From Crocinitomicaceae bacterium (lineage in GTDB: Bacteria > Bacteroidota > Bacteroidia > Flavobacteriales_D > Crocinitomicaceae): DNA of 64,000 bases. Below, piece after piece: positions 38,011-48,800 of this stretch. The stretch is from NCBI GenBank assembly GCA_049611865.1, contig JBMZAY010000010.1, forward strand, positions 20,354 through 84,353, in the 5' to 3' direction. The notes beneath the pieces are model-generated. The model saw only the letters and a list, made by a program, of their open reading frames with translations. It did no database searches and was not told where the DNA came from. Positions within the stretch are counted from its first letter, which is position 1, and the number at the start of each line of letters is the position of its first letter. The position numbers were made by a program, and so were the translations under genes.

Positions 38011-38781
38011 TTATTTCTTTTTGAATGCGTTTATGGCATTCTTCGTGAAATCGGACAGCACTAATTCACCACTCATTGCCGCACGAACCTTCAATAAATT
38101 ATCCCAGTTTTGAGTTCCGTCCCAGAATATTTCTTTTAACATGCGCATTGCATCTGGATTAGAGCTAGCCAACTTATTCGCTAATTCCTCAACACCTTGA
38201 TCAAGCTCCTCAGCTGTGTCATAAATTTCAGCATACAACCCTTTTTCTCTAGCCCATTCAGCCGACTTCCATTCTGTTGCGTTAATGGCTAATTGCGACA
38301 TCGCTGACATACCTATTTTACGCTGAACGGCAGGACCAACTACAAATGGACCTATACCTACAGCCAACTCAGACAACTTAACAGCTGCGTGCTTAGTCGC
38401 CAAGCAATAATCTACCGCTGAAGCAACGCCAACTCCTCCACCAACTGCTTTTCCTTGCACACGACCGATAATTAATTTTGGACATTTTCTACATGCATTA
38501 ATGACGTTTGCGAATCCAGAAAAGAATACTTTTCCAGTATCAAGGTCATTAATTGAGATCAGCTCATCAAAACTTGCTCCTGCACAAAAGGCACGATCAC
38601 CTGCAGACTTTAATACGATGATTTTAACTTCACTCTTTGCGCCAACATCGGTAATTGTTTTAGCCAGTTTATTTAATATTTTACCCGGTAAAGAATTGCT
38701 TAATGGGTGTCCAAATTCAATTGTCGCGATTCCCTTATCGTTGATTTCAAAATTTACGTGTCCTTGATTTATTGCGCTCAT
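38011..38781 (-). CDS. Enoyl-CoA hydratase/isomerase (crotonase family)
   Basis: AFCAGASFDEL, GKAVGGGVG, LSELAVGIGP; downstream of paaZ. Confidence 0.9.
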   Translation of the reverse strand: MSAINQGHVNFEINDKGIATIEFGHPLSNSLPGKILNKLAKTITDVGAKSEVKIIVLKSAGDRAFCAGASFDELISINDLDTGKVFFSGFANVINACRKCPKLIIGRVQGKAVGGGVGVASAVDYCLATKHAAVKLSELAVGIGPFVVGPAVQRKIGMSAMSQLAINATEWKSAEWAREKGLYAEIYDTAEELDQGVEELANKLASSNPDAMRMLKEIFWDGTQNWDNLLKVRAAMSGELVLSDFTKNAINAFKKK

Positions 38782-38782
38782 T

Positions 38783-38817
38783 TTAGTAGTTAGTGATTAG
38801 TAGTTAGTGATTAGTTA
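38783..38817. repeat. Five tandem heptamers TTAGTAG-TTAGTGA-TTAGTAG-TTAGTGA-TTAGTTA
   Basis: Read directly; fills most of the 43-bp paaZ/crotonase spacer. Confidence 0.85.
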
Positions 38818-38824
38818 TTTACCT

Positions 38825-40876
38825 TTATTTGCTCTGATCCAGCTTCTTGACCATCGTCAAAATGGTTGCAATTCCAACTGTTTCCCCTGTCTCATCATAA
38901 ATATCAACAAGGAATTTAACGATACCTTTAGCAATGTCGGCGTCATTTCGTTTTTCTTGATCAATTTTTTCCTTAACCGTGAAACGGACACCTATTGTAG
39001 TGCCTAGATAAACCGGCTTCGTAAATCGGCACTCATCAATACCATAATTTAACAAAACAGGTCCTTTCTTTGGTTCTACAAATAATCCAGCCGCCTTTGA
39101 AAGTAGGAAATAACCGTGCGCTACTCTTTGCTCAAAGATGGTTTCATCCAATGATGTAATATCCATATGTGCATAGAAATTATCACCGCTAACGTTAGCA
39201 AAGTTCACAATATCAGTTTCAGTGACAGTGTGTTTATGCGTAAAAACGGTTTCCCCAACAGTTAACTCCTCGAAATGCTTTCGGAAAACATGCGGGTTTG
39301 CTTCTGGTTGATCTGCTCCAATTTGGAATTGTTTCGTTAAAGCTGTAATCGTTTGAGGGTGGCCCTGAATCGCTGTTCTTTGCAAATAATGAAGAACACC
39401 TCTTTTACCGCCCATTTCTTCTCCGCCTCCGGCTCTTCCTGGACCACCATGTGTCAACATTGGCATCGGTGAACCGTGACCAGTGCTTTCTTTCGCACAT
39501 CTTTCGTTTAAAACGAGAATACGTCCGTGCATAGAAGCTGCATTGATCACATAATCCGTCGCAATGGAATCATCCGCCGTTACAATCGAAGATACCAATG
39601 AACCTTTTCCTTTTTTGGCAATTGCCACAGCATCTTCAATATCCTTGTAAGGCATGATGGTTGAAACTGGTCCGAAACACTCAATATTATGAACTCCTTC
39701 TTTGTTGTGTGGATCTTCATTTCTGAATACAATTGGAGAGAAAAATGCTCCTGCTTCCTTATCAGCGCCAATAACATCAAAGTTATCTAAATCACCAATA
39801 ACAATATCCTGTTCTTCCATGAGCAATTCAACATTTGCTCTGACTCTTTCCACCTGCAGTTTAGTGGCGAGTGATCCCATTCTTACAGTTTTGTCTGAAG
39901 GATCACCAATGGTGTTTTTTGCTAACCTTTTAGCCAATGCATCTTGCACATCATCCATTAGATCTTCTGGAACGATAATTCGTCTGACAGCGGTACATTT
40001 TTGACCCGCCTTAACTGTTATTTCGCGTTGAACTTCTTTGATAAAGATGTCAAACTCAGGTGTTCCCGGCACTGCATCTCTACCTAATATCGCTGCATTT
40101 AATGAATCTGCTTCTAAGTTAAAAGGTACTGAGTTTTCAACAATACTTGGCAAGTTTTTTAATATTTTCCCTGTAGCTGCGGACCCAGTGAATGTTACCA
40201 CATCCACATTTGTTACATGATCTAAAATTCCGCGGCCTAAACCAACAACCAATTGAAGTGCTCCCTCCGGCAATATTTTAGAATCAATGATATCACGCAC
40301 CATTAACTCCGTTAAATAACATGTATATTCTGAAGGTTTGACGATGGCTGGAACACCTGCTAATAAGTTAACCGCAATCTTTTCAAGCATTCCCCAAATT
40401 GGAAAGTTAAATGCATTGATGTGAATCGCTACTCCTTCTTTTGGAACCATAATATGGTGACCAATAAAAGAACCACCTTTTGACAGCGGCACTGCATCAC
40501 CATCCACATAATACGGTAGATCTGGAAATTGACGTCTTAATGACGCATTAGCGAAAAGGTTTCCAATACCGCCTTCGATATCAATCCAAGAATCCATTCG
40601 CGTTGCACCTGTAGCAGCACTTAATTCGTAATATTTACGTTTATTTTTAAGCAGAAATAAAGCCAGTTCCTTAAGCATTAAACCACGCTGTGGGAAAGTC
40701 ATTTTGCGAAGTGTGCGACCACCTTTTTCTCTCGCAAAATCCATCATCTTGGCATAGTCGAGCCCAGCGGAAGAACAAGTTCCGATTTGCTCACCACTAA
40801 TGGCATTATATAAATCTGTTTCAGATCCTTCTCCGCTCACCCATTCTCCATAAGCGTAATTTTGGTACGTTTTCAT
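38825..40876 (-). CDS. paaZ: Phenylacetate degradation bifunctional protein (aldehyde dehydrogenase + MaoC dehydratase)
   Basis: DSWIDIEGGIG, HINAFNFP, TFTGSA, EADSLN, KAGQKCTA, THGGPGRAGGGEE, MaoC FANVSGDNFYAH. Confidence 0.95.
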   Translation of the reverse strand: MKTYQNYAYGEWVSGEGSETDLYNAISGEQIGTCSSAGLDYAKMMDFAREKGGRTLRKMTFPQRGLMLKELALFLLKNKRKYYELSAATGATRMDSWIDIEGGIGNLFANASLRRQFPDLPYYVDGDAVPLSKGGSFIGHHIMVPKEGVAIHINAFNFPIWGMLEKIAVNLLAGVPAIVKPSEYTCYLTELMVRDIIDSKILPEGALQLVVGLGRGILDHVTNVDVVTFTGSAATGKILKNLPSIVENSVPFNLEADSLNAAILGRDAVPGTPEFDIFIKEVQREITVKAGQKCTAVRRIIVPEDLMDDVQDALAKRLAKNTIGDPSDKTVRMGSLATKLQVERVRANVELLMEEQDIVIGDLDNFDVIGADKEAGAFFSPIVFRNEDPHNKEGVHNIECFGPVSTIMPYKDIEDAVAIAKKGKGSLVSSIVTADDSIATDYVINAASMHGRILVLNERCAKESTGHGSPMPMLTHGGPGRAGGGEEMGGKRGVLHYLQRTAIQGHPQTITALTKQFQIGADQPEANPHVFRKHFEELTVGETVFTHKHTVTETDIVNFANVSGDNFYAHMDITSLDETIFEQRVAHGYFLLSKAAGLFVEPKKGPVLLNYGIDECRFTKPVYLGTTIGVRFTVKEKIDQEKRNDADIAKGIVKFLVDIYDETGETVGIATILTMVKKLDQSK

Positions 40877-41028
40877 ACTATATTATTTCTATAATGATCA
40901 ATAAAACTGAGGTAATTAATAGCCTTAAAGGTAGTCATTTTTTGAACATTCATGTACCTAGAATGGAAACAAACAATGGTCTTAATGAAGCCAATTAAAC
41001 CCCATTAAAAGAAGACTAAAAACCCGGT

Positions 41029-42741
41029 TTAATGAATAACCTTTGTGATATGCGTTAGGCCATCAAACGAGATAGCTGTCAAAATATAAATTCCCGAAGC
41101 ATATTCACTGAGATCAATCTGAATCATCTCATTGGCAGTGTAGGCTTCAGTTGAATAAACCACAGCCCCACTCGGATCCACCAAAGTTAACTTTGAAAGG
41201 TTTACAGCGGACTGTATATTTAATATTTCTGCGGCTGGATTAGGATATACTGAAATCAAATACTTCGACTCATCCAAGCCAAGGCCATCAATAAGCAACA
41301 CTTTTTCAAAGATCTGCGAACAGTCAATTTCGTTGGTAACTTCCAGCGTCACATCATAAGAACCGTTATCCGCGTATGTGTGCGTTGGTGCAAATTCATC
41401 CGATGTTTCACCATCATCAAAATCCCAGAAATAAGAGATTCCTCCTGTTGACTCATTCACAAATTCAACCGAATTAAAATCAGTTATGATTTCATAGAAA
41501 TCTGCAACAATTTCGTCTGTAACCGTTACAAAAAATGAAATGGTATCACCTGGACAAAGAATTTCATTGTATTCAACCACATGAATTTCGTATTCACCGG
41601 CTTCTGTAAACATGAGGTTGAGCGTCCCTGAATTGTCATCTGAAACGACTTCTATTCCATCTTCGACGTATGACCATACATAATGTGAACTGATAGAATC
41701 ACTCACCATAAAACTGACTGAGGCTCCAAAACAAACTTCTTGCTCTTCTTCTGAAATTCTCTCTGTTCTCGGCTTAATGAGTTCATATAAAAAACGGGTT
41801 GTTTCCGGTAAAAGCGTATCACTCCAAAAACTATTCGGTGCTGCCCCTTCAAAAGTTCCATTATCTGATCCATCAAGCATGTGTAAAGGTCCTTCAGAAG
41901 TGAAAAAGTCATTCTCAATACCGACATTATTCATTCTTTCCGTAATTGGCAGTCCACCGTAAGTTTCGGGAAGCGTAAACAAACCAAAAGGATGACCATA
42001 TTCAAAAGGCACCGTTTCATCATTTTCACCATGCATAACTAGCGCAGGAACATCTCCTTCTTCTAAAATAGTCGTATCATTGACAGCGCCCCAAAAGTCA
42101 AGAATTGCCATGACCTCAGAGGTATGATCATAATCATTACCTGCACAATCCAGACATTCTAGATCATTAACCAAACCTCCTCCATAGGTACTAGCAGGAC
42201 GTTCTGTTTCCTTGTCCATATATGCTACATGAAGCGCCATAAACCCACCGGCTGACATTCCTCCAAAGAAAACATAGTTGGTGTCGATATCGTGTAAACT
42301 GGCATTCTCCTTGAAATAACGCACAGCTGCTTTCCCATCTTGAACACCTCTATAAACGGCCCTTTCGGCACTTTCACCGTCCAGGGGATCAAACCCTTTT
42401 CTATAATCTAATGATGCAGTAACATAGCCTTTTTGAGCAAAGCTGTCGCAAATCGCCACCATATTGTCCACATCCTTTGATCCATTGATAAAACCTCCTG
42501 CATGAGCAAATATAATTAATGGACGTTTCGGATTATCGTCTCCATCAGGCATGTAGACATCACAATAAAGATCTATATCCCAATATGGCCAAACCCACTG
42601 AGGCGCTTCACCATATTTTACATCTGATAAACTGACAACATCAGGATAGACCTGTTCTTGGTATCGGTTGGGTAAATAAGTTTGACCAAATGCATAAGCA
42701 TTTGCTAACAATAGAAGTATAAGAAGGTTAAGCTGTTTCAT
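41029..42741 (-). CDS. T9SS cargo: alpha/beta-hydrolase (carboxylesterase) with PKD domain and type A CTD
   Basis: HAGGF oxyanion motif, GMSAGG nucleophile, HGENDETVP, YFWDFDDG, VYPNPA CTD. ATG 42741, with TACATTTG at 42748-42755. Confidence 0.88.
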   Translation of the reverse strand: MKQLNLLILLLLANAYAFGQTYLPNRYQEQVYPDVVSLSDVKYGEAPQWVWPYWDIDLYCDVYMPDGDDNPKRPLIIFAHAGGFINGSKDVDNMVAICDSFAQKGYVTASLDYRKGFDPLDGESAERAVYRGVQDGKAAVRYFKENASLHDIDTNYVFFGGMSAGGFMALHVAYMDKETERPASTYGGGLVNDLECLDCAGNDYDHTSEVMAILDFWGAVNDTTILEEGDVPALVMHGENDETVPFEYGHPFGLFTLPETYGGLPITERMNNVGIENDFFTSEGPLHMLDGSDNGTFEGAAPNSFWSDTLLPETTRFLYELIKPRTERISEEEQEVCFGASVSFMVSDSISSHYVWSYVEDGIEVVSDDNSGTLNLMFTEAGEYEIHVVEYNEILCPGDTISFFVTVTDEIVADFYEIITDFNSVEFVNESTGGISYFWDFDDGETSDEFAPTHTYADNGSYDVTLEVTNEIDCSQIFEKVLLIDGLGLDESKYLISVYPNPAAEILNIQSAVNLSKLTLVDPSGAVVYSTEAYTANEMIQIDLSEYASGIYILTAISFDGLTHITKVIH

Positions 42742-42782
42742 CGCGCACAAATGTACGAAATAAAATCATGCCTGTAAAGAGC

Positions 42783-43757
42783 TTAAACGACTGTATTTAT
42801 GATTTCTGTCAAGACATCTTGAAGCTTTTTTCCTGCAGCTGCAATTTGCTGTGGAACAATACTTTGCTCCGACATTCCGGGAGTGGTATTCACCTCAATT
42901 AAAACTGGCGTATCATTCTCCTTAACGATAAAGTCAATTCGAGCCAATCCCCTCAAACCAAGTCTGCGGTATATCGCCTTGGATGTGTCTTGAATTTTCT
43001 TTGTTAATTGTTCGCTTATTTCAGCAGGTGTTATTTCTGCAGACGCACCATTGTATTTCGCCTCATAATCAAAAAACTCGTTGTGTGAGATGATCTCAGT
43101 GGGCGGTAAAGCAATCAATTCATTGGAATTTAAATAAAGACCGCAAGTTATCTCTCTACCGAGAACTGCTGCTTCAACTACAACCTCGTCATCCTCTGTA
43201 AATGCCTTTGCAATTGCTTCTGGCATTTCCATCAATGTTTTAACTTTAGAAATACCAAAGCTCGATCCTGCACCGTTTGGTTTTATAAAACAAGGAAAAC
43301 CAATTTCATCTGCCAATTCGATTGGATTAGGCGATTCTCCTTTTCTTATCAATATTGCTTTTCCGGTAGCAATTCCAAAAGCGCGTAAAAAACTGTTACA
43401 AGCCCACTTATTAAATGTAATCGCCGATCCAAATACTGGTGAATTGATGTAAGGAATTTGAAGCATATCAAAATATGACTGCATTTTCCCATCTTCACCC
43501 GGCGTACCATGGATGGTTATGATTGCCAGATCAAAATTCGTTAAGGCATCATTCCACAAGAAGGTAAACTTATTCTTATCAATTGGAGAAACGCTACCTC
43601 CTTTTAAAACAACATGCCAACTCTTTCGAGAAACCTCAACCATAAATGGCTGAAATAATTCCCTGTCCAGTGCATCATAAATGGTTCTTGCACTTTTCTC
43701 TGATATTTTGTGTTCTGAAGAATACCCTCCATACACAATAGCGACCTTCTTTTTCAT
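42783..43757 (-). CDS. ddl: D-alanine--D-alanine ligase
   Basis: GGYSSEHKIS, HGTPGEDG, IKPNGAGSSFGISKV, FFDYEAKY, EVNTTPGM. Confidence 0.96.
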   Translation of the reverse strand: MKKKVAIVYGGYSSEHKISEKSARTIYDALDRELFQPFMVEVSRKSWHVVLKGGSVSPIDKNKFTFLWNDALTNFDLAIITIHGTPGEDGKMQSYFDMLQIPYINSPVFGSAITFNKWACNSFLRAFGIATGKAILIRKGESPNPIELADEIGFPCFIKPNGAGSSFGISKVKTLMEMPEAIAKAFTEDDEVVVEAAVLGREITCGLYLNSNELIALPPTEIISHNEFFDYEAKYNGASAEITPAEISEQLTKKIQDTSKAIYRRLGLRGLARIDFIVKENDTPVLIEVNTTPGMSEQSIVPQQIAAAGKKLQDVLTEIINTVV

Positions 43758-43871
43758 GCGCCTTGAATGCTATTATAAAGGATTTAAAACCTTAAATATG
43801 TTCATCACGAATGTAGGAAAAGAATACCCTGATGAAAATAGTGTCTTGTGAAAGATATTAACAGAAAAAGG

Positions 43872-44345
43872 CTAGAAAAGTGAGAGAAACTCTTCAAAAG
43901 ACATGCTGTAGGTGTAGTCCATTTTCCATCTCATCTTAAACAAAGCAACACCTGCTTTGAGCTTACCTTTTATTGTAAAATCAATTCCATCCCCTTTCAT
44001 CAATGACCATATTGAAGAGAAAGCACTTTTGACAAACTTGGAACCATCGCCCTTTAAAACAAAAGGGTAACTGGCCTTCGTTTTTCTTTTTAGTCGAATT
44101 TTTTCTTCAATTTTAACCAAACCGCAATCCTCTCCTGCCACTTCCAAACGAAGCATTGAAGGCTTAATCACGATAGCATAACAATTGGGATTTTTGATCA
44201 CATAATCAAACCCAACGTAGAAATTCCCATCCTTTTTCTGCACCGAGAAATTCTCCAAAGCGTAAAATTCTAAATCCTTATACCAAAATCCTGCATTTGC
44301 AACACTTGCAAACATCAAGAAAACGGAAAGAATTATTGTTTTCAT
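43872..44345 (-). CDS. Exported hypothetical protein, LEA_2-like fold possible
   Basis: Signal peptide and the YVIKNPN..I pattern; the family call is tentative. Confidence 0.5.
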   Translation of the reverse strand: MKTIILSVFLMFASVANAGFWYKDLEFYALENFSVQKKDGNFYVGFDYVIKNPNCYAIVIKPSMLRLEVAGEDCGLVKIEEKIRLKRKTKASYPFVLKGDGSKFVKSAFSSIWSLMKGDGIDFTIKGKLKAGVALFKMRWKMDYTYSMSFEEFLSLF

Positions 44346-45727
44346 TACTTTTTGATTTGACTGTAGTGCTTGTAGTAAAGCGGTATGGATTCGATTCCTT
44401 TGAAGTAGTTATATACCCCATAGTGCTCATTTGGCGAGTGAATCGCATCTGAATCCAAACCGAAGCCTAAAAGAATCGATTTTAATCCTAACTCTCTTTC
44501 AAACATGGATATGATCGGAATGGAACCTCCACTTCGAACTGGGATTGGTTTTTTACCAAAACTTTCTTCCATTGCTAGACTCGCTGCTCTGTATTCATCC
44601 GAATCAATTGGTGTCAAGGCAGGTTCTCCACCATGATGCGGGGTGACTTTCACGCGTACCGAATCGGGTGCGATTGATTCAAAATGTTTTTGAAAGAGCT
44701 CTGTGATCTTATCTGGATCTTGATTTGGCACCAAACGCATAGAAATTTTTGCATTGGCTTTAGACGGCAAAACAGTTTTCGCTCCTTCTCCAATGTAACC
44801 TCCCCAAATTCCATTTACATCCAAAGTAGGACGGATAGTTGCGCGTTCCATCGTTGAGAATCCAGCCTCTCCCTCCGATTGCTTAATGTCTATTGCTTTG
44901 CAATAAGCCTCCTCTGAAAATGGTGCCTTCGCCATTTCCGCTCTTTCCTCAGTAGATATTTCTAGGACGTCATCGTAAAAACCTGGAATGGTAATGTGCT
45001 TGTTCTCATCTTGTAATGACGCGATCATATTAGACAAAACATTTATAGGATTGGCCACTGCACCACCATATAAACCAGAATGTAAATCCCTATTTGGGCC
45101 AACAACCTCAACCTCTACATAACTCAAACCTCTTAACCCCGTTGTAATTGAAGGTACATCCGGCGCAATCATTCCAGTGTCTGACACAAGAATCACATCG
45201 GCTTCTAGCATCTCCTTGTGCTCCTTGATAAAAGGCTCCAAGTTCTCTGAACCAACCTCTTCTTCTCCTTCAATAATAAATTTTGCATTACAAGCTAAAG
45301 TATTGGTTTCTAACATGGCTTCAAACGCCTTCAAATGCATGTACATTTGCCCTTTATCATCACAAGCTCCACGTGCAAAAATCGCTCCTTCCGGGTGAAT
45401 ATCTGTTTTCTTGATAACGGGTTCAAATGGTCCTGACTCCCATAGTTCAATGGGATCTGCGGGCTGAACATCATAATGTCCATAAACCAAAACCGTAGGC
45501 AAGTCTTTATCTATTATTTTCTCTGCGTAAACAACAGGATGACCAGCAGTAGGCATTACCTCAACTCGATCTACACCCATTTTTTCGAATTGATTCTTCA
45601 AAAATTCTGCTGTTTTAATCATATCACCCTTGTATGCCGGATCGGCACTAACAGAAGGGATTTTTAGTAATTCAATAAGTTCGTTTAGAAATCTGTCTTT
45701 GTTCGATTGTATGTAGTCGTTAATCAT
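44345..45727 (-). CDS. M20 family dipeptidase
   Basis: LKIPSVS, YGHYDVQP, ARGACDDKGQ, EGEEEVGS, DLHSG, HSPNE. Start ATG 45727, with TAAATTTG at 45749-45756. Confidence 0.93.
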   Translation of the reverse strand: MINDYIQSNKDRFLNELIELLKIPSVSADPAYKGDMIKTAEFLKNQFEKMGVDRVEVMPTAGHPVVYAEKIIDKDLPTVLVYGHYDVQPADPIELWESGPFEPVIKKTDIHPEGAIFARGACDDKGQMYMHLKAFEAMLETNTLACNAKFIIEGEEEVGSENLEPFIKEHKEMLEADVILVSDTGMIAPDVPSITTGLRGLSYVEVEVVGPNRDLHSGLYGGAVANPINVLSNMIASLQDENKHITIPGFYDDVLEISTEERAEMAKAPFSEEAYCKAIDIKQSEGEAGFSTMERATIRPTLDVNGIWGGYIGEGAKTVLPSKANAKISMRLVPNQDPDKITELFQKHFESIAPDSVRVKVTPHHGGEPALTPIDSDEYRAASLAMEESFGKKPIPVRSGGSIPIISMFERELGLKSILLGFGLDSDAIHSPNEHYGVYNYFKGIESIPLYYKHYSQIKK

Positions 45728-45874
45728 GTGGTTTTTTTGATAGGAACACAAATTTAGCAATAGTTTGTCAGACCACTAGAAGCGAATTCGGAAAAAAATC
45801 AAGACCTTTGTGCAACAAATCAGGACAATCATCAGTCTACCATATAAGTAAATTAAAAATTTAATTTTGATAAT

Positions 45875-48800
45875 ATGCGATTTTTAAAGCTCGCCACATT
45901 TACAGTAATGGCCATTGCCGCAAATCAGGGCCTTTCTCAAATTACTGTAACTAATACACAAACACCTGAAGAACTGGTAAACGATGTACTTGTAGGTGAA
46001 GGTGTAATTGTCTCTAACATAGAGTTCAATCACTCAGTGCCTTTGGCTGGGGTGGTGCAAACAATGGCCGGATATTTTGATGCTTCAGGAACGGATTTCC
46101 CAATCGAAGAGGGTTTGATCTTGGCTTCTGGACATGTTCGCCTTGCTGAAGGACCAAATGATACTGGTGGAGCAACAGACAACGAGGGTGTCGCTGTTGA
46201 TCCAAATGACATTGACTTAGATGCAATTGGAACAGCAACAATTAACAACGAAGCTGTTTTGGAGTTTGACTTTATTCCATCAGGTGATTCAGTTGTTTTC
46301 AATTACATTTTTGGATCTGAAGAATATTTAGAATTTGTGGACGCTGGGTTTAACGACGTATTCGGATTTTTTATTAGTGGACCTGGCTTTACAGGCCCTT
46401 ATGAATTTGGAGCCGAAAATATCGCTACCATTCCTGGAACGGCAATCCCGGTAACCATTGACAACCTTAATGACGAAGATTATCCAGAATATTACGTTAA
46501 CAACGACGGAGGAACTGCTGTACAATATGACGGCTATACGACGGTTTTAACGGCAAGTGCTTCTGTTGAGTGTGGTGAAACCTATCACATTAAAATTGCC
46601 ATTGGTGATGCAGGCGATACAGCGCTTGATTCTGGCGTGTTTTTAGAAGCAAGTTCTTTCTCATCGAACGGTGTAACAGTGGAGATTACATCAGTTCTAG
46701 GTGAAGAAGCTTTGATAGAAGGATGTGATTCTGCGCAGGTATGCTTCATTCGTCCTGAAGACTCTGACACCGTTGAACTGGTTGTAGATTATACAATTGG
46801 TGGCTCAGCGATAAATGGAGTTGACTACCCACTCCTTGATGAAACAGTTACTTTTCCAATTGGTGTTGATACTGTGAAAAAATGGATCGTACCAGAAGAT
46901 GATGGATTGGTTGAAGGAACTGAGGATGTGATCATCACTGTTGAGATCATTAACGAATGTGGAGACACAATTACAACAGACGCAACGATCGAAATTATTG
47001 ATCCATATGAAATCGAAGTCACAACGGAAGATGTTCTCATTGAATGTGCTGAGGATTCCGTCATGATAACTTTTGAAACCACAGGGGTTGATCCGCTTGA
47101 TATTGACTGGAGTTCCGGTGGTACGGAAGTGGAAGAATGGGTGCCGGGAGACATAGAAGGCACAACAACATACACAGTAGAAGTAACAGACGTGTGTGGT
47201 GAATCAGCCACAGGCACCGTAAATGTTATTTACGATCCGGCTTCGGATGTTTCAATCACATTTGCAGAAACAGAATTCACAATATGTCCTGGCAGTGAAG
47301 TCTTTATAGATGCAACCGTCATTGACCCGTATGATCCGACAGAGGTAACTTATGATTGGTCTCCTTCAGGAGATATAACTGAAGACATTACTATAACCCC
47401 TGATGAGGAAGGGTACCAAGTGCTGACGGTATGGGACGGCTGCGGATTTGCAATCGACTCAGTATTGATTGAATTTGGAGAAGTTGTTTTGGATGATATC
47501 ACAGTAATTGATGCTGTTGATTGTCCTGGTGTTCCTGATGCTACACTTGGATCGATTATCGTGGATCCGGATAGACCAGATTGGACTTATGAATTAGTTG
47601 GATATGTCGATCCTCAGGATAGCGGTATTTTTGAAGACCTCTCAGGTGGTATTGATTATATCCTTACCATAACAGATGAATTCGGTTGTACTTTGGACAC
47701 AGTTATTACGGTTGGACTTGGTGAAAACGAAGTAACGGCGATGTGGGAAGCAGATAGCCTACGAGACGTGTCTTGTTTTGGTGCCAATGACGGAGGTGCT
47801 TATGTATATGACATTTCAGGTGGAATTTCAGAACCTTTCAACGCGATTTGGACAAATGAATTGGGTGTATTTGACACAGAAACAGGCATTGCGGATGGTG
47901 GAGATGCAGAGATCGACAACTTACCTGGTGGGATTTATACAGTAACCATTACCGATGATTTCGGTTGTGCATGGTCTTATTCATTCGAAATCTTTGAACC
48001 AGAAGAATTGACGATTGACATTATCTTCAATGAGCCAACATGTAATGGTTTCTCTGATGGATCAGTAACCGTGCTTACATCAGGAGGGAATGGTGGAGAA
48101 ACATACATTATGACCAATGAAGCAGGTGATGTCTTAAATGTTGACAATTCAAACACGATCAATACGGTTCCTACAGGAACATATTTCGTTGAAGTGATCG
48201 ATGAAAATGGTTGTACCGCAAGTGGTTCTGTATTCTTAGATGAACCGGGAGTTATTGATGCAGATTTAATTATTACACAACCATTGTGTTATGGATTATC
48301 GACGGGAAGCGTCACCGTTGACACCGTTTATAATTTCCAAGGGGAGTATGATCAAATCAGTTATTTCTGGGCTCCGAATCCAGTTGGGGAAAATGGAATT
48401 GGTGCAAACACGATTAACAAACTCGGAGAAGGTGAATACACATTAACCATTAATGACGAAAACGGATGTTCTCAGGTCATTGATTTTGAAATTGAATATC
48501 CAGATTCGATGTATTGGACAGAATTGGGTTATCACCCAGCTTACTGTAGATTATATGGATACCAGAATGGTAACGGTGAAGTTTATGCTTCAGCAGCCGG
48601 AGGTACAGGATCAATCACTTACGAATGGATGAACATGGAAACTTTCGAAACCAATGACAATACTACTTGGGGAGGATTAAATCCGGGCACTTATGTAATC
48701 ATTGCTGAAGATGATAATGGATGTGAGTTTAGAGATACGGTAGTTGTAGACTCTTTGAACCCGATTGCTGATTTCACTGTAACATCTGATGAATTGAATG

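Noticed and set aside
38011-40876. paaZ without paaABCDE as an incomplete pathway
   Set aside because: The other paa genes may lie outside the window; this cannot be judged here.
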